Of a DNA stretch of 64,000 nucleotides, positions 57,783 to 64,000 are shown in pieces. Below the pieces are notes generated by a model. That model was given only the letters and a program-made list of their open reading frames with translations. It was not told where the DNA came from and searched no databases. The stretch's first letter is position 1, and every line of letters starts with the position of its first letter. Source of the stretch: the human T2T-CHM13v2.0 reference genome, Homo sapiens. A program made the position numbers and the translations under genes. The DNA is taken from the NCBI RefSeq assembly GCF_009914755.1, contig NC_060932.1; one strand, written 5' to 3'.

Positions 57783-58501
57783 CTGCAGAGGAAATTCAAC
57801 AGTTTCATTTGAAAGTGCATTGGCGTAAAATGCACAATATATACATCGAGGAGTCAAAAATTAGAATGTCTAAAATGAATAAACCAACCACTTTAGACCA
57901 ACCAGCCAATAAACAAACATATAGACTAACATTTTATTAAGAGAATCTGCGCAATTAGATTCTGGTCTCTGGTCCACCTGATAACTATAAAATGATGGCC
58001 TGTTGGTGTTATGGTAAACTATTCTTTGATTAAATTGAATGCAATAATCACTAATTATATTGTAGAAGCTCTTGCTGTATCACATATAGTGATGACACCA
58101 CCCACCATGGTATTCTGTCCATAAATGGCCTTGAATTTAGTTTAAAGTCGAACTTCTTAAGACACTTATGACGTTTTCAGTTTGGCTCTTCACTTTCAGG
58201 TGGCATCAATCCCAATCTTACAGTATTCTTTTAAGTTCTGCAAATCTGTAAAACAAGCAAGAAAATGGATTGCATTATATTACTTTATTCACTTAACATG
58301 TATCATGTTTAAAATGCTTTGTATGCTATGTGTGATGAAAAGATAGATTTTGGTTAAATTGAATAAAATATTCTAGTTCTATCGAGATCTAAGATTACAA
58401 TCCTGTGTGTATGTGTATGTGTGCACATGTGTCTATGCATGTATTTTTGTGTATTAGGATTTGAGTGAGGTTGCTGATGTAGGCTATGTAGAGAACTAAA
58501 C

Positions 58502-58837
<336 letters not shown>

Positions 58838-59845
58838 TTAAGAAGAACATTGGTATTGACTCACTGGATCTTATTCCCACCTACTAAATTAGAAGTTCTT
58901 TGAGGTCAGTACTCAGATCAGTAAGAGAGAGTATTCATCTCTCGTTTCCCCGTGGACTGTGGCAATAATACCTGGCACATATTAAATATGCAATAAATAT
59001 TGAACACTCAAGCCTTTGGAGTAGAGTTTCTATGCAAATAGAATTGCTCCTGCTGGTAAACTAATACTGGTTTAACCACACTTGGAATTTGAGGTCAAAA
59101 TAGGCTACTTCAACTTCCCAGAACCTTGAGGAAACTTGTCCCTTAGGGCTGTTTGGCTCATTGCGTTTTGTGTCAGTCTTGTAGTGCCTGATCTCCCACC
59201 TTGAGTGAGCCCATTATTTACACTCACTTACCTGCCATCTTAGAAACTGTAGATAAAGAATCTTTTCCAGAGGTCTTGGAATCAAACATCCTTCACTGAA
59301 ACATTACTGGATATGGAATGAATCAGAAACATGTGGATTAAATTTCTCTGAAAATTTCTCTGGTTATAAAAATTAAGGAAAAAAAGTGTTTGGCCAGATG
59401 CATTGTGGGTAATGCCAAACCCAAATTGTATGAAAAATGTGTATGCTGCTTAGGTAAACAAACAAATAAAAAAATAAACAAATTTTATTTCCCTCTTGCC
59501 TTGTAAAACCCCATATTCACTGTAAAAACCTTGAGTCAGTTTGAAGCTAGGTTTTATAAAAGGTCTTGCAAAGTTTATGGTTTCCCTCTTTGATCATTGG
59601 AGACAAAGAGTTATACAGATAAATCCTTCTGAGAATGCACATAAGCAAGGCTGAAGTTTCTCTATAGATTTCAAAGGATTGAATGAGGTAAGATGTATTG
59701 GTAAGATTTATTTGATTTCTGAATATTAACTGGAAATTTCATCTAAAATAAGTTCTTTCAGGAGAGAAGCAGCTGAACCTGAGTCCAACTGTTTACCTTG
59801 TTTAAGTTTAACGTGTTTAAGTTAAACTATTCTTAAAATATTCAG

Positions 59846-60127
<282 letters not shown>

Positions 60128-60486
60128 TCAGAAGCTTGGACATGATAGATGTTTATGAAAAGCAGGAAAATGCCTTTATCATTGCAACAACAAACAGACT
60201 TGAAAGTAATTTAGTTCCTAAACCCTATTTAGTAAAAAGGAAGAATGTGAGGGTCAAAATAAACCTCATTGCAATGATTATTGTCATTCTGCTCATCCCT
60301 TCCATTAAAATCCTTCAAGCAATTGCTTAAGCATGTGTGTCCTTGTACTCAGCATAATTTAAGAAGAACCATGTGGATATGGTCCCTACTACATAGACTG
60401 ACATTGGCTAGGGTATACCCTAACACAGAGCTCAGAACAGAAGAAGAAAGATAGTAAGAAAATAAACGGGCCAAAAATATTTCTGT

Positions 60487-60660
60487 CAGTGGCTGTCGCC
60501 CTTTAGTGTGCATTAAGTACCACCTGAAAAGATCATTAAAAATATAGGTTACAAATGTCCCATCCCCTACCCAAAGATTTTGACCTGAACTAGGACCTAG
60601 GAACCTGCATTTTCAACAAAGATTCAAGTTGATTCTGATGAAGATTATCGAAGGAGCACA
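60487..60660. mobile_element. MER5-type hAT-Charlie fragment
   Basis: cagtgg...tgcattaagtaccacctg...cctaggaacctgcattttcaacaa...gattctgatg. Confidence 0.65.
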
Positions 60661-60831
60661 AATGTGAATTTAGCAGGTAAAAGAGAAAACTTACTGAAAT
60701 TAATATTGAGAAGGACTGAGATCATCCTTCCCCGAGATGGGGGGAGATAAGGGTGCTGACTCTACCTATTTAGTGCCAGTTTGTGTAAATGCTCTTTTTA
60801 AATTATAATTATGGACCTCCAGAAATGCATC

Positions 60832-61330
60832 TGTTCATTCAATAAATATTTATTAAGTGCTAAATATGTTGTGAAAAAATAGAAACATGAATCTATGCCC
60901 TCATGAATCTTACATTCTAGTTGGAGGGTACAGTCAGTAGAAAGATAATAAATAAAATAGCTTGTATAATAGATCAAGTAGTGATTAAGTATCAAAAAGA
61001 GAATGTGGGAAAATGGGTAAAATTCTTGAAAAAGTGGAGAGAAAAGGCCTAGTTGAGAATGTGACATTTGGGTAGAACTTAAAGAGTCAAGGAAACAGAA
61101 CAGCCACAGGAATGCCTTAGAAAAAAAGTGTCCAGGCTGGGGAACCAGCAGTTGGAAAGGACTTGAAGTAGAAGTGTGTCTGGGTTAGCAATGGAGTGGG
61201 CCATGAAAAGAGCAGAGGACAGCAGGTAGGGGAGAAAGGCTAAACAGGAGGGGGCTTAAAGGATCACAGGCTTTGGCTTCTCCTCTGAATAAGTTGTATG
61301 AGAGGCCACTAGAGGGTTTTGAGCAAAGAC
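60832..61330 (-). mobile_element. L2 3' region
   Basis: ttcattcaataaatatttattaagtgc...gccctcatgaatcttacattctagt...gccactagagggttttgagca. Confidence 0.8.
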
Positions 61331-62294
61331 AAAACTCACATGAATGTTTCCAACATATTTGAAGTGGAAATTAAAATACCAATTCAGTTATTCACTCTGC
61401 CTCATTTACAGAGCTCAAGGTATGATACATTTGTGCTGGGGAAATTTTGGATGAATGGTGCTCAGAGAGTGGAAAGGACTGGATAAAATGTGAAAAACCT
61501 GATCCTGTCCTCAAAATATACTACATTCTATGTGGGATTATATGAATCATTTAGTCTCTGAACAACTATTATCCAGAGCAGTCAATATTTGCCTCAATTT
61601 CTGGAGTTTTAAAGCATGTAAATATGGAGTATTTTCATTTAAACATGAAGTAAATGAGAATTTGGTCATGTTAGAAATGTATCTGAGATCCATGGATTAA
61701 AGTATAGGGTGTATATCTGCAGTAGGTGAAATTTCCCATTTCCATTTCCAAAGATTTAGGAGTTTAAATAAACTTAGATAAAGACTTTATAGGAGACATT
61801 AAGAACAATAAATCTGAATCACTAACTTTCCTAAGCTAGGGTACAAGAAGATACAAACAAGTCATGTAAAATATCTGGGAATAAAGTGTTTCTGACCTCT
61901 CCAACATACTAATTATTCATCACAAGTAAATTATAGTTAGTATTTCATATTATAGAACCTTGGGGTATTTTTTAGTTTTCTAGGATACAGTTGTGCTCAT
62001 AGAAAACATAATGGTGTTTCAAATTAATAGATAGTGCTCTTGCTGGAATGAGATTCAATACACAAATAAGAGCTGGTGACAGAATTTGGTTAAGTGAGGA
62101 CTTTTATATGTGTTGTTGCCGATTTTTAATTCTTCCTCAGCAACGTCTTTGGTTTCATCTCCTTTCCAATTAATTAACAATGCCAGGTAAATAGTGTGAC
62201 TAAATTTTTCTGTCAATTAACTGATATGTCATCTATCACCAGAAGGTATATCTTCAAATACTTGTTCATGACTTATATGTATTTTTTAAGGCAC

Positions 62295-62668
62295 TGTATT
62301 AGTCTGTTCTCACACTGCTATGAAGAAATACCAACGACTGGGTAATTTATAAAGAAAAGAGGTTGAATTGACTCACAGTTCTGCATGGCTTGGAAAGCCT
62401 CAGGAAACTTACAATCACAGCTGAAGGGGAATCAAACACATCCTTCTTCACAGGGCGGTAGGAGAGAAAAGTGCCGAGCAAAAGGAGGAGAGTCCCTTAT
62501 AAAACCATCAGATCTCCTGAGAACTCATTCACTAACATGAGAACAGCATGGAGGTAACCACCCCCATGATTCAATCACCTCCCAATGGGCCCCTTCCACG
62601 ACATTTGGGGATTATGGGAGCTACAATTCAAGATGAGATTTAGGTGGGGACACAGCCAAACTATATCA
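62295..62668 (-). mobile_element. THE1 (THE1C/D-like) solo LTR
   Basis: tgtattagtctgttctcacactgcta...gtggggacacagccaaactatatca, 374 bp; perfect 5-bp TSD ggcac (62290-62294, 62669-62673). Confidence 0.93.
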
Positions 62669-62849
62669 GGCACTGATTCTTGGATTCTTTAATCTCACAT
62701 TATTTCTATGTTAAAAAAAAATGGTATTAAGGATGCTGTCTATATTTCATAGATTCCTTGATGTTAAAGATATTAAAACCTACTTAACATTATTCTACTT
62801 CAAGAAATATTAAAATAATTAAAATAATATTTAACATAATTTTATGAAG

Positions 62850-63050
62850 GGTCATAAGAATAACAAATGGTGATTATTTGATAACCAAATATTAAAGGGA
62901 AAGTATTAGTCTCATTTTCCAGATTAAGAAATGAAACTAGTTGCTTGCCAATTGCATGTAGCTAACCAATGTCAGATCTGGGTCAAATCTAGTTTATCTC
63001 ACTTTCAGTGTTGGGCTCTGGAATGTTCTACAAGATCAGAGCTTTAACAG
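62850..63050 (-). mobile_element. MIR fragment
   Basis: tctcattttccagattaagaaatgaaact...gttgcttgcc...gtcagatctgggtcaaatctag. Confidence 0.55.
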
Positions 63051-64000
63051 GAGTCAATCTAAGAACTGGTGGACTCTATGATGCATTATCAAAAGCCTTT
63101 AGACTAAAGCTAAAGTGACCTATCCAGCTCCACACATGCATTTAGTATAAAATAGGGTCAAGGAATGTTAGAATGGGAAAGAGCATTAGAGAAGGTGGTT
63201 CAGCTCTCTCGTTTTAAGATAAGAAATGTGTTTTGTGAGGTTTTTATGCTCCAGCTGCATCCTGGCTCTAGTTTCTTCTTCAAGTTGAAGAAGAACTATT
63301 CCCTAACTCAGTGTTCTGTAAGTCATTAAAGCCTAAATTTGCTTGACATGATTATTTGAATTATGCCTCATTGGCATTAAAATAATAAAAAGTCCAGTCT
63401 TCTGCTTTCTAAGTCAGGTTTTCTAGTAGCAATCTCAAAATCTTGCCACTTCTGCCACTTTGCTACCCAGCCATTGAAAAACATAAACTTCTGAATTATA
63501 AAAATAAAGAATTCAAAGAAAAAAAGCAGTATTTGATTGAGTTGGCTGGGTTTTCTTTACTTCTTTCATATTCAAATGGACAATTTGTACAATTTCCCTT
63601 ACTTTGATCCTAGCTGCCTACACTACCAAGTTGCAGGCACAAATTACTTGCCCACTTCTTCAACCACAGACTTTGAAGGACTGGGGAAAAAAAATTCAAC
63701 CATTGTGAAATTTCCATACTGAAAGTGCCTACTTTCAGTTGGTGCTACTGACTTGGACCATATGAGAGGAGGCAGCTCCAGCCAGGGCTGCCCCCAAGCC
63801 ACTCACCCTGCCAAACCTCTGGGTCCCACCAACATCATTTCCTGAATGATGAAGCTCCCCATGTGTGCCCACTGGCATGCTCTTAGAAGATCAGGAATAT
63901 CCAATCAGGAATCAATTAATGGGAGAGAAGAATACAACACAGAGCTTTCTATTTAACTTGGAACTATGATAATCACGAAATGGCTCTGGGTATTTTGTGA

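Overview
AT-rich, CpG-poor primate (human-like, AluY-containing) nuclear DNA that reads as intergenic or deep intronic sequence. No intact protein-coding gene, RNA gene or CpG island is supportable, and I could not assign the locus. The window is dominated by interspersed repeats: a full-length, TSD-flanked L1PA7/8-like LINE (40237-46696), a 5'-truncated older L1PA (2209-4887), several ancient L1M pieces, 12 Alus, L2/MIR relics, MaLR/ERVL LTRs (THE1, MST, MLT1, MLT2) and DNA-transposon fossils (MER1A, Tigger3, MER47, MER94, MER5). The only gene-derived sequence is a processed pseudogene of DNAJB6 short isoform b (23000-25537), interrupted by two Alus and a MER1A. Four observations stand out. 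(1) The DNAJB6 retrocopy lacks, apparently exactly, the 132-nt exon 6, so it may be a fossil of an exon-skipped transcript. (2) The full-length L1 keeps an open 130-codon ORF0-like antisense frame with a strong Kozak context. (3) A ~250-bp MIR-containing segment sits inside a younger L1MA fragment with TPRT-like hallmarks. (4) An ancient L1ME shows inversion geometry. Candidate ISRE and p53-type motifs occur in unique sequence. Nothing here amounts to a demonstrated new biological system. Repeat subfamily calls and exon numbering are from memory of consensus sequences and need confirmation with RepeatMasker/BLAT.
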